A model generated the notes under the pieces. That model did not search any database. It was not told where the DNA came from and saw only the letters and a program-made list of their open reading frames with translations. From Neoconidiobolus thromboides FSU 785 (lineage: Eukaryota > Fungi > Entomophthoromycota), in the NCBI GenBank assembly GCA_025603075.1, contig MU626314.1, positions 51,523-115,522 of the forward strand: DNA of 64,000 nucleotides. Direction: 5' to 3'. The position numbers were made by a program, and so were the translations under genes. Of the stretch, positions 50,402 to 63,435 are shown piece after piece (positions within the stretch are counted from its first letter, which is position 1; each line of letters starts with the position of its first letter).

Positions 50402-51606
50402 AATAATAGTTCAGAATTAAAAAGTTCAGCTTCAGATAGATATGGGTCAGGAAAATTGGCTAATAAGGATGAAAAAAGTACCAAAGTGTTGTATACATCC
50501 TTCTTAAATAGTCAAGTGAATAAAGGGAGTTAATTAGTTAAACTAGCCATGGTAGTATTGATAAGTATACTAAATAATAGGCAGTTAGATTTTACTGACA
50601 TAAGTGAATCCCCCCATTATTTTATGAAAACATTAACAAACTATGTCGCTTTACTAAATATTTGTACAATTTTCGTAGACGCTTGGTTATGTTACTTTAT
50701 TTTTTATGTTTATCATATCAAAATTAGCACAATAGATACTTTAGTCGAAATAAAAATAATTCAAAGATTTTTTCGTAAGTAATCTATTGTATACTGCCTT
50801 ATTAATATTCGAAGTACCTCAAAATGATCTCTTGTATATAAAGAATAGTCAGTACAAAAATGACTTTTATTTACAAAATCAATACTAAAATATTAGTAAT
50901 AAAATTATTTTTGATGGAAATCTTACTTTATAGTACTTCAAATGTGATGGGAGGGCTAAATAAAAGATCAAGGTAGAATAGAAGGGTTATATGCTTTGAA
51001 GTAGAATCATATCTTTTTCAAAATGCTAGTATTCGCATTGAAAGTAAATATTGTTTTATAGTGGATTTTTTTAGCACTACCTGGTCTCATTAAAAAACTA
51101 TTAGACATGATAATACTATATAAGTACATAGATATATAGCTATTTTGCACAAAACATTTTTTAAATTACTTTTTTATTTTGGCATTTTTTATACTTAATA
51201 CACTTATAGCTGCCAGAGACAAAGATAGTGTTTTGATAAAAATAAGTCTTAAAACAAATGTTTTGATATTCTTTATGTCTCATTCAAACACCAAACAATA
51301 AAAATACTGTTTAATATTACTTTAGCTATACCTTTTTCACTTTATTGAAATGGCTATTTTTAAACTATGAGTTATATTATGATGAATTGAAGTAAATACT
51401 ATTAATTAATATGCAGTCACTCAATTATATAAAGAAAACAAAGACAAACCAGAATAAGATAGAAAAATAAACATTTATTAAAAAATAGAATGGATGGTAG
51501 ATAGCATGCTTTTATTTTAAAATATGGTAACACTGAATTTACTCTAAACTCATTTATTTGCCGTTTTAAATATAGAAGAGAAGAACACCTAGAATTTATA
51601 ATATAT

Positions 51607-51705
51607 GGGGATGTATTTTTGTATTTAAGAATCTTACTAACAAATTTTCCGCTTAAATAGCACTTAAAGAATGGAAAAAATAATGAAGTCAAAAAAGACA
51701 CTCCC
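51607..51705 (-). mobile_element. MITE copy J
   Basis: atat|ggggatgtatt...gacactccc|atat, reverse orientation. Confidence 0.85.
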
Positions 51706-51709
51706 ATAT

Positions 51710-51803
51710 GTGGATGTTTTTTAGTTTCATTGCTTTTCTCATTTTTTAAGTGCAATTTGAGTGGAAAGACTATTAGCAAAACTCTTAAACAAAACACATC
51801 CAA
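51710..51803 (+). mobile_element. MITE copy K, directly abutting copy J through a shared ATAT
   Basis: atat|gtggatgtttttt...aagtgcaatttgagtgg...acacatccaa|atgt. Confidence 0.8.
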
Positions 51804-52390
51804 ATGTAAGGACTTATACGATACATTTAAGAAACCACTTTATAGACGTATAGGAAGTAAAAAGCAATCTATTTCAAATAACAAAGCACCAAATGAACGC
51901 GTAGAGTATATGAGTCAAATTGATTCAAAAGATATAGCACTTGATTGTAATTTAAACTATAAGATACAATACATTTTAAATATTAGCCCATTCAATAAAT
52001 GCTTTGAAGCTAAGAACTGACCTATTTTAGACAATAAACTATCCATTGTATTTATCTATATATGTCCTTACAGAGACTTTCCAAAGATCTATAATAATAA
52101 ATATCATTTGAAGTACCTTTAAATTGCAACGCACTATAAAAGTAAATGGACTTAATATAAAGAAAAACAACCTATTTGTAACTTGATTAGGGGAATAAAC
52201 TACAAAGGGTCATACCATTAGCATCCTTCAGTCTACTTTGAAAAATGGCTTATTTAGTGAAAGTATAAATGATAGTAATCAGCCCATATTAAACGCTAAA
52301 GTACTAATTGAATATACATATGTATATAGTTCCTGTATAATGTCATATTCAAGTACATTTTATGTAAATAACTGCTACGTTTCAATGTAT

Positions 52391-52485
52391 GAGGATGTGT
52401 TTTTTGTTTAAGAATTTTACTAGTAGTTTTTCCACCTAAATAGCGCTTAAAAATGAAGAAGTAATGAAACCAAAAAAACACCCCC
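52391..52485 (-). mobile_element. MITE copy L
   Basis: gtat|gaggatgtgttt...aatagcgcttaaaa...aacaccccc|atat. Confidence 0.83.
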
Positions 52486-53697
52486 ATATGTTAAAAATAA
52501 TTGCAACTAATGAACCTATAAATAAATTACTTATAGTTAGTACCTTAAAAATAAAATAGATAACCAAAATCAATATGGATATTCCATAAGTAGTAATTAG
52601 TCCAATTTGAACAATTAAGTGCTTAATGTCAGGGTAAACTATTATGGTCAGTCTAACCGAAAAGATACATTGTTTTATTGTAATATGAGCTATAGAGGGA
52701 AACCTTCTTTAGATGTCAGTTTAAAGTATAAATTACTTAAGAATAAAAATGCTTTATTAGTAATTATACAAAGGTATGTTTAGATGACATTGCTTCAAAA
52801 GCTCATTGTAATCATACATATATAGTAGAAAAAAGGGTTCAGGAAGTTACAATGGATAAGGAATTAACGAAAATGATTGAAAAATTAACTTATAAATAAA
52901 TGATTTATGATAATTAATTTAATTTAATTTAATTTAATTAATAAAATTTTTGGTGAACAGATAAATTATAAGTACTAAGATATATCGAACAATAAAGCAC
53001 TATATGGAGTCTATGGGAGATAATAGTCAATATAGTTTACCTAAAGTTTCAACTAAAGATGTATAAATAAAAAAGAGATGTTATTTTAATATGTAAATTA
53101 GCAATTAAATGTATTAATTTATTTCAAAAAGTGTTACCTGGAAGAAATTCAAATTTTCAACAAGGAAAATTTGATATATATACTAAGGTAAAGTGTTAAT
53201 GTATAAAGGTAGTCCTTTTTGGTTTTAATCATTATAAAACAATAATAATGTTAAATAAATATGTTAAATAAATATGTTGAATATAATTTTATTAAGCTTA
53301 TATGGTAACATGTTTTTTATTCACTTTTTGAATATTGTTATTCTATAAGTTTGATAATAAATATCTTGGATTAGTTGATCTTTTATATTTAAATTATAGG
53401 GCAAGAAGAATTTATGGATTTGTTTCATAAAGCTATAAAAAATAACTTAAATTATTATTTAAGCTAATTCATATATTAAAAATAATACTATTAATAAAAA
53501 ATTCATAGAAATCCTGATTATATTTTGGTTAAAAAATATTAGAGTTTTTAACCTGCCAATTTTCGAGGTTTTTTATACTCGACTATGATTTGCTAGTTCA
53601 AAATTTATGCCTAAAAAAAATAAGTTAAGATTGAACTATGGGAGAAGTGAGAAATTAGTTTTAGTTTCTTTTAAAATCTATATCATAACTATAGAAT

Positions 53698-56600
53698 ATG
53701 TCTGAGCAAGTAGGGGAGCTCAATTTGGCTGGAGGGAGGAATAAATTTAGAGTAATTTAGCCTATTTTATAATTCAAATCTCCTTAAATTAATAATTAAT
53801 TATTATAGTATTCTTCCTTTAAAGAAAGAATCGAAAATTTGAGTTTTGATGTACTTCATCAAATTGATAGAAAACCAATAGATATAGAAAATTCAGGATC
53901 TTTTTTTAATGAATTGTTTGAATCATTGTTGATTTCAAATCTTACCGTTCCATTTGAAGAATTTTCAACTAAAATTAAACCACTCGTTAAATCATTACCT
54001 CAAATTTTACATCATAAAAAACAAATTGCTGAGATTATTAAAGAATATCTTTATAAAGAAACTTCGGATACCCTAATTCCAGTGTTACAGTAAGTTGATA
54101 TGGTTTTTGAATGTTTTTTGAGATGCTAATAATTTTGTTTAGACTTATACCATGCTTAGCTAGAGATTTACAAGAAGAGTTTTATAACGAATTTTTGGGT
54201 TTATTAGATCCACTGATTATTGTTTTAAATCATAAAGAAGCTGGGATTATTGAAGTAAACTTAATTGACCTATTCGTTATTTTTTATTAATATAAAATTT
54301 AGCATACATTTAATGCTATTGCATTTTCATTAAAATACTTATCCAAAATTGCAATCAAAAAATTACCAGAAATATTCAAGTAAGTCATAAATTTATTTAT
54401 CATTATTAGCTATTAATTTATCTTGATAGGGTACTTGCCCCATTGATGGGAGAAAGACGTGGTAAAGCTTATCTTCGTGTATTTGTGGCTGAATCTTTTG
54501 GATTTTTAATTAGAAGATGTAAAGATGAGGATTTAAAAGAAATCATTGAAGTTATTTTTGAATACTATGATAAAAATAGAGAGGATGAAATACTTGATGG
54601 TTTATCTTTATTACTTTTAGAGAGTGTTAAAGTAAGATATATTTTATCTTTAGTTTTTGAATAAGGATATTAATGAATTTATTTATAGAATATTGATAAT
54701 AAACTTCATTCACGTTATTCTGAAATTCAAGATCAAATGTTTCTTGTGGTACAACAATCCCAGTTTTCACTTGATGGAAATTCAATAGGTAGAATTAACC
54801 AAAATTTACTATTATTAATTTGCTAATTTTAAATTAGAGTTGAGCAACTCAGCATATGAACTAAATTGTAAATTTATCAAAGAAGCATGTAATTATTGCA
54901 GAAAACCAAATGCTACACCAATTAATGAAAAATTAATTCAACAATTTTCAAGTTTATCTAAGTTTTATGGGAATCAAAAAATTAATATAGAAAAACAAAG
55001 TAGTAATGAAATATGTATTATATTAGGTACTATAAAAACATTCTTTGACCATTTCAATGGTGCTTGTGTTCAGAATTATATTCCATTTTTAGATGTAATT
55101 GTGCAATTTGTTAAAGTATTACTTGAAACTCAAAAAATTGAAGAATTGCATTCTTTATGTTTAGCCGAATTATTTTCTTTATTAAGTTTATTAGTTTGTC
55201 AAATTGATACTAAAGAATTGTATTCAAAAGGAAAAGTGATTATTAATTATTTATACAATTATAAAGTAAGTTTTTAATTTTATATATTATAATAAAGCAA
55301 TAATAATTTTTAATATTATAGAATCCAATTTATGCAGTTAAATTTTCAAAGCTACTTATTCATTTAAAGTTTCAGCATTTTTCTCAACTCATTATACCAC
55401 CATTAATTAAAATGGCATCAGAACCATGGGAAGATAATGCAACTTTATTTGTTATGTTATTGACTGAAATTATTGATAATGATCTTATTATTTATTATGA
55501 AAACAGTATAACAAACACAGTAACAAAAGAAGGATTAATTCAATTTACATCGGATTCTAATATTAATTTAATAACCAAATTTATTGAACCAACCAATGAT
55601 TGGGATTTATTGTTTGATGAAGTAATACAATTTTACAACAACGAAATTGAAATCGAACCAATGATTTCAATGTTATCATGTTATTTAAGTGTTTTGGCTA
55701 ATATTAAAGTAAATGATTCAAATATTATTAATATATTAGAAAATTTATTTGATTCATTATCAACATATTTAATTCAATGTAAACAACAAGAAATTGAAGA
55801 AAAGAAATTAAGCTATATTAATATTTTTGGAGAATTAGTTCTTGGACAAATAATTTATTGTATTTTTAAAATAAGTTGTATAGTATTAAAAGACAATGAA
55901 TTGGAAAATAATGAATCAGAAAGACCTAATAAAAAGATGAAAAGAAGTAAATTAAATGTCAATGTAATAGAAGAAGATATCAAAGGTTTAAAATTAATTA
56001 AATATTTAATATCTTTTTGGAATAATAAGCTTTTACCAGTTATTTTACCAAAATTTCAATCAAAGAATGTATTAAAAAGTATTCATATTATTTTGTCATA
56101 TCTCAAACAACATCAAATTCATAATGAAATTAAACAAATATTTGAAAATGAACAACTCAATAAAGTTTATCAATTATTAACACCTTCATTAATTTGTTAT
56201 GATTCCAATGTAAGACTTGCTTGTTTTGAAATATTATCTCAATTTGAAGTAAAAGGCGAAAATGAAAATAAACAAAATAGTATTCATGACTTATTTCAAC
56301 TTTGTATTCAAGTAGATAGTAAACCAACAAATCTTAATGAATATAGAGATAAATTAATACCATTAAGGAAATTATCCGTTATGGCTTCTAATGGCTTATT
56401 TAGTAATTTTGATTTAATTGTTCCAAGTCTTTGTGTTAGTATGTTTACTGTCAATTTTAGACCGTTATGGTTAGATGCTATCAAAGGACTTCAAGCATGT
56501 TCTAAGTATAAACCAAAGGTTGTATCTAAATTATTACTATCTGTTATTGAAGGACTTCAAAATGGGGAATCTATTAATTCATATAATCAAATTAATAATG

Positions 56601-59600
56601 TGTTTAATTCAATTAAAAGCTTTAATGAAGATAAACAAAACTTGAGAATTAATCAAATGACAACTAGAATATTAAGTAAAGAAGGAAAAGAAAATTATTC
56701 GTTTGATTTATTAACCAATCATTTAATTCAATTATTGAATCCACGTAATGATCGATTGGACCATTGGGTTATTTATGAATGGATCTTACGTACTTTTATT
56801 GAATCTCCTCATTTAGCTGAAGCTCATTCCACAACAATTTGTAAATTATTTTTACAAATTTATGAAAAATATTTAAAAGGATCGGGTAATCCAAAAGCCA
56901 TAGAAGAAGAAGAAGAAGAAGAAATAATTGAAGAAATCGAAATCGAAAACAACAAAAATGAAGTTAATATAAAGAAAACCAAAAATCATATAATAGAATC
57001 TCAGCCTTTACGTAAACAATTAATTCAATATTTAGAAATCTTTTCCAAATTTCAAAAAGCAGATAAGTTAAAACAACGTAATCAATTAGAACCAATATTT
57101 GAAACTTTATTAGCAAGTGGTGATAGTGATATACAAACATTAAGTTTAAAATGCATTGAAACTTATAGATATCAGTTTATATCGGAATATTCTTTACGTT
57201 TACATAACATTTTAAATGATATTAAATTTCGTGATGAAATTACTACTTTTAGTATAGCTCCAGATTCTGACGTTATTGAATCTAAGCATCGAGAACAATT
57301 ACTCCCTTATTTAGTTAAAATACTATATGGACGATTGATTTCACGTAAAGGTAGAAAATCTAGTAAAATGAATATTAACCATCGTCGTACAGTTATTTTA
57401 TCTTATCTTTCTGCTCTTGCTCCAAAGGAACTTTCATTATTGTTTAATATTTTATTTAAACCATTTAATTCTATTATTTTAGATGTCAATGAAACCAAAC
57501 AAGATAATGAAGAATTTGTCATTAATAAGGAGATTGATATGGCTTCAATACCATTAAAAAATCAACTTGGATTTTTATATTTATTATCTGACATATTAAA
57601 ACAATTAGGAACTTCATTAAATATATATATTCATCAAATAATAGCTATATTAATTCATATAATGAATTATGCAGATCAAAATTTAATGAAAGAAAATTCA
57701 CAGAACATATTTAAAGAAATTCGTCAACAAGGTTTAAAAAGATTATTGACTATATTCAATCTTAAAATTCAATATAATTTTCAACCTTATATGAAGGCTA
57801 TCTTTGATTCTATGATTTCATCTAAACTTAATAATTTACCACAAGAAAATTCACAAGGTCCATCAGCTACTTTAGATATTATATTAACTTGGTCAACTAG
57901 ATTAGATTATTATGAATTTTTAGTAGATTATGATGATCGATTATTAACTAAACTATTTGATTGTTTATCAGTTTCCCATGTTAAATCTTCAGTTACAAGT
58001 TTAGTTATTGATGTTGTTGAAAATTTATTTAAATTAGCAGAAACAGAAACAAAAGTGTTAAATGATAAAGACTTATTATCTTCTTCACAAATATTAGCAA
58101 AGACATTAAGACCTAATATATCTTCCTTCTTGGATAATTTAGAAAAAGAAATTATTTCTCCATCAACTGCTCCTGGTCCATTACGTAACAATTTATTTCA
58201 ACGTCAAATTCGATTATTATCTAAGATTGCCCCTTATATTGATAATCAAAATCAAGCTAAAGCTTTATTGAATCTATTGTATCCATCATTACATAAACCT
58301 AACAAAGTTTTAGATGAATTTATGAAAAGAGATATTATTATCATATTATCTGAATTAGTTAAATTAGATTCCGATTTAAAATCAATTACACCTGAATTTT
58401 TAAAATTATATCAAAGTTTAGCAAGATTGTTCTTTTCAATTAATCTTAGAGAATCAAGACAAGGTTTATTAAACATATTTTTAACATTTTCAAAAGTAGA
58501 TAAAGAACTAAAAGAGATTATTGATATTTTAAATGATATTAATGCATTTTCCAAAAAGAGATTAGATGAACCAGATTATGATGTTAGATTAAATGCATTT
58601 ACTAAATTTAATGACGAAATAGCTGAACAACTTAATGCTCATCAATGGCTACCATTATTATATAACTTCTTATATTTTTTAAAGAATGAAGATGAAATGT
58701 CATTACGTAATAGTGGTTCTTTTGCATTAACTAAATATTTTACAATAACATCCCAATGTCAAGATAAACAAAAACAAAATGAATTTATCGATTTATTAAG
58801 TCATATTATATTACCAAGCATTAAAAAGGGATTAAAAATAAATTCAGAAACAATAAGATATGAATATTTTCAAATATTAGGACAAGCTGTAAAATTTTTT
58901 CCAACAATTGAACCATTTAATGAATTAGTAGAATTATTAGGTAGTTCTAATAAAGAAGATATTGAAGAAAGAGAAGAAGAAATTGATCAATCCAATTTTT
59001 TCAATGGGATTTATCATATTCAATTAGCACAAAGAGTTAAAGTATTAACTAAATTTTCAGCATTATTAAATAAGCATCAAAATGATTTGATTTCACCTAT
59101 TCGTTCTAGTTTATTATCTAATATCTTTTTACCAATTTGTTCTGATTTTATCTTTTCAGATAAAAATAATGAATTGACTTATGAAGCTATTCGAGCTATT
59201 TCAGCTATCTCAAGACATCTTTCTTGGTCTTTTTATATATCTTTATTTAGAAGATATTTCTCACTTTTGATTAAGAAACCAGAAAAAGAGAAACTATTTT
59301 TAAAGATTATATTTGGTATTTTAGATGGATTCCGATTTAATTTGAACAAAGTACAAACAAATATAAAACACAAGATCAATGAAGATATACAACAAATTAA
59401 TGAAGAAGACAATGACATTAGTGAAGATGAGTTAATAAATCAATTAAAAAAGAATGATTCTAATGAAGCTATACATAAAATGGTAATAACATATATGATA
59501 CCAGATTTATTAAGATATTTAAATAAATGTCCAGAAGATAAAATAGCAGATAGAATACCCTTAGCATTAGTAATAGCAAGATTATTAAAAAAATTACCAC

Positions 59601-62443
59601 AACAATCATTTAAAAAACAAATACCATCATTAATATTAAATATGTGTAATTTATTAAAATCGAGAGATCAAACATGTCGAGATAATGTACGTAATGTATT
59701 GATTAAAATAGCACAATTATTTGGACCACCTCATTTACATTTTATTATTAAAGAATTATATAATTCATTAAATCGAGGATTCTTTAAACATATATTAAGT
59801 TATACAGTTAATTCAATATTAGTAGCACTTACACCAGCATTAAAAAATGATGAGATTGATAAATCTGCTAGTTTAATCATGGATATTATTATTGAAGATT
59901 TATTTGGAGAAGTCAGTAAAGAAAAAGAAGCCGAAGATTATACTGGTAAACAAAAAGAAGTTAAATCAAGAAAAGGAAACTTAAGTTTAGATATATTAAC
60001 TACCTTAATTAATTTTAAATCATTACCAACATTATTAATACCATTAAAACAAATATTAAGTGAAACAGATAATGGTAAAACATTAATTAAAGTTAGTGAT
60101 GCATTAACTAGAATTTCTTCGGGTTTAATTAAGAATTCGAAATTTGATACTAATGTATTATTAAAATTTTGTCACGGTTTAATTATGCAAAATATAGCTT
60201 TATGTCAGGTAGAAAAAGTAGATAATAAAAAGAAAAAAAGTAATCAAGAAGTAACATATACAGTACATATTAAAAGAAAAGCAATTAATGGACAATTAGA
60301 TTATTTTTCTAATAATGCTCATAAATTTGTTGAATTTGGTATGGAATTATTATTATCTGCATTAAAAAGAAATCGATTTGAATTTGAAAATGAAGAAATC
60401 AAAATTCAAATGTTAAATCCATTCATTGATATTATGGGAGAAAGTTTATATTCAAATTATCAATCAATTACTGTTAATGCTATTAAAATTATTCAATTAT
60501 TATTAAAAATCCCATTACCTGGATTTCAATTAGGTTTACCAACTATCATTAAAAGAATCTTTGATATCATTATTAGCCTTGGATCTACACAATCAGAAGT
60601 AGTACAAACTGGATTTAAATTAATTGCTTATGTGATTAAAAATCGACCTGAAATTGAAATCAAAGATCAACATTTAACATTATTAATTAATTTGATTATG
60701 CCTGATTTAGAAGAACCTAGCCGACAATCTACTACTTTCTTATTAATTCGGGCTATATTATCCAGACAATTATTAATTAGTTCATTATATGATTTAATTG
60801 ATGAAGTGGGCAAAATCATGGTAACTAATCAATTAGACAGTGTACGTAATACATGTCGAGAAGTTTATTTACAATTTCTAATGGATTATCCACAAGGAAG
60901 TCAACGATTAGATTCACAAATTCAATTTTTAATTAGTAATTTAAGTTATGAATTTGAAACTGGTAGAGAATCAATAATGGAATTATTTAATGCCTTGTTT
61001 ATTAGAATATCACCCAAATTATTAAATGATTATTCAGAAACTATATTTTTAGCCTTAATTATGGTATTAATTAATGATGATTCAATCAAATGTAGGGAAA
61101 TGGCAGCTGTTTTAATTAAAACATTAATAACTAAGTTAGATAATAATTTATTAAATAAAATTAGTCAATTAGTTATTAAATGGGCATCAATTGAAATCAA
61201 ATCAATTGAGCAAAGTAATAATAATGTACAATTAAAGAGAATTGGATTACAAACATTAGGATTAATGGTGGATTCATTAAACATTAAGTTTGATAAATAT
61301 TTAGATGAAACATTAATTATACTTTCTAATTCACTAGATTTAGGAATTCAATTATTATTAGAAGCACAACAAAAACAACAATTGATTCAAGAAAAAAACC
61401 CAGGCTTTGATTTATCTCATTTAGATATTCCTACTCGTTGGGAAATCCCATATAATACTATTAATACATTGACAAAAGTATTTCAAGTATTTAAAAAGTT
61501 AAATAATAATAATTTATTTTTAAAACTAAATGAATATTTATTACATCCACATAATTGGTTAAGAATTAGTTCCTCAAGATTATTAGGTATGTTTTATGCT
61601 AATTGTGATGCAGAGAAATGTCAAATTATTACTCCAGTTACTATGAATCATCCTTTATTATCAATTGAAGAGTTATTTAATACAGCTTATAATTTATGTA
61701 TTCAAATTAAATCACCTATTTTTGATAATGAATTAGCAGATCAATGGGTTAAGAATTTATATTTTATCGGTCAAGTTTTTTATTTTTATAAAAAGAAGCA
61801 AAACAGTAATCAAGAAAATGAAGAAGATGAAGAAAACGAAAGTGAATTAGAATCAGATAATGAATCAATAAATGATAATGATAATTCAATTATTAAAAGA
61901 AAAATGAATAAAATAACAGCAAAAGATCCATTAGGTTGGTTATTAAAAAGATGTTCGTATATAGCAAGGTTAGAAGTAGTAAAAATAGATAATCAACCAA
62001 ATAAAATTCATATCTTTAAATTATTTGCTGCTTTAGTTTCAGTCATTTCAACTGAAGATTTAACCCCTTACCTTATCCCTATCTTATCACCAATTATTCG
62101 AACTTTAAATGATCCAGTATTAAAAGAACATGAGAGTTCTCATCAAGAATTAATGGAATTAACTAATGAAGTGGAAGGATTTATTAAACATCAAGCAGAT
62201 TCAATGGAATATTTAAAAGCTATTAATAAAATTCAAGAAAATATTAGAAAAGTTCGAAGAAATCGAAAGGAAAAGAGTGCTCTTCAAGCATTAAATCAAC
62301 CAGAAGCTTTTGCAAAAAGTAAACTTCGGAAAACAATGCAAAAGAAAAAGAACAGTAAACAAAAAATTCAAAGACAGAAAGAAAATAGTGGGAAAAGAGT
62401 TAGTAAAAAGAAAGAAAAGTCGGGTTTGTTAAATTTACTTTAG
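53698..62443 (+). CDS. UTP20: U3 snoRNP protein Utp20 (HEAT repeats, DRIM domain); 7 short 5' introns, then a 7.1-kb terminal exon
   Basis: N-terminal FR|YSSFKERIE, LLPYLVKILYG, FSKKRLDEPDYDVRL, HILSYTVNSIL, FLMDYPQG...NLSYEFETGRES and HPHNWLR. Confidence 0.92.
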
Positions 62444-62839
62444 AAAAAAAGAAGAGATATTATAGATTTTTATTATTATTAAATATTTAGCATTATTTTT
62501 TTTCTCTTTTTTCTCTTTTTTATGAGTATTTGTTTACTCTGTTTGTTTTGTTTACTTTATTTTAAAAGTTTTAATCAATTTATTTTATTCTATAGTTAGC
62601 TATTTAAATCATTATACTATTATTAATCTTATTACTAATTTTAAATATAAACTATTGATTTTAAATTATTAGAGATTTAAATATTTTTAATTTTTATCAA
62701 TAATAGAAAAAAGAATAAGAAATAATTATTTAAAAATTATACTCATTTTATTTTATTTAAGAAATAATCCAAGTTTATTATAATTAAAAAAAGATTTAAC
62801 CTATATAAAATTCAGTATGTAACTTATTATTCAATATAT

Positions 62840-62939
62840 GAGAGTGTTTTTTTTTGACTTCATTATTTTTTCCATTTTTTAAGTGCTATTTAAGTGAAAA
62901 AATTGTTAGTGAAATTGTTAGACACAAAAATACATTCCC
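62840..62939 (+). mobile_element. MITE copy M
   Basis: atat|gagagtgtttt...aagtgctatttaagtg...tacattccc|atat. Confidence 0.83.
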
Positions 62940-62976
62940 ATATCTTAATACTTAGAATCCTATCTACTCATCATAT

Positions 62977-63069
62977 AGGGATGTCTTTTTAATTTCATCA
63001 CTTCTATTTTTATGCGCTATTTGAACAGAAAAATTGTTAATAGGATCCTTAAATAAAAAATACATCCCT
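62977..63069 (+). mobile_element. MITE copy N
   Basis: atat|agggatgtc...atgcgctatttgaacag...tacatccct|atat. Confidence 0.83.
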
Positions 63070-63338
63070 ATATCCTTAACTTTATACTTTCTATTAAAAA
63101 ACAATGTTGAAACAAACTTTTTTTAAATATATTATTAAGCTAAAATAATTCAATTTATTTGTGTTATTATTATTTTAAATTTCATTTTTCTAAAATATAT
63201 ATTTGATAAAAATGCCAATTTAAACCATGAAGATCAAAATACGTCTTTGGACAATTTCTATATAAACATGGATATAAACTATTAATTTTAAATTCATTAC
63301 TTGATATAATCGAACTATCAATTGTTAATTCACTATTT

Positions 63339-63435
63339 GGGGATGATTTATGTATTTGAGAATTTTGCTACCAATTTTTCCGCTCAAATAGCGCTTAAAA
63401 GATGGAAAAAATAATGAAGTCAAAAAAACATCCCT
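63339..63435 (-). mobile_element. MITE copy O (ATTT direct TSD)
   Basis: attt|ggggatgattt...aaatagcgcttaaaagatggaaaaa...aacatccct|attt. Confidence 0.85.

Noticed and set aside
51417-52487. ORFs 51417-51803, 51730-52020, 52296-52487 (also 30311-30532 and 17600-17809)
   Set aside because: They run through MITE copies, have no recognisable domain and are best explained as chance open frames.
52620-52840. Possible MULE/WRKY-like zinc-finger remnant (YC...HCNH)
   Set aside because: It needs frame changes, and the similarity is too weak to support without a search.
17675-63435. CRISPR-like or satellite interpretation of the dispersed repeat
   Set aside because: Copies are dispersed, in both orientations, with TSDs and no regular spacers, and the context is eukaryotic.
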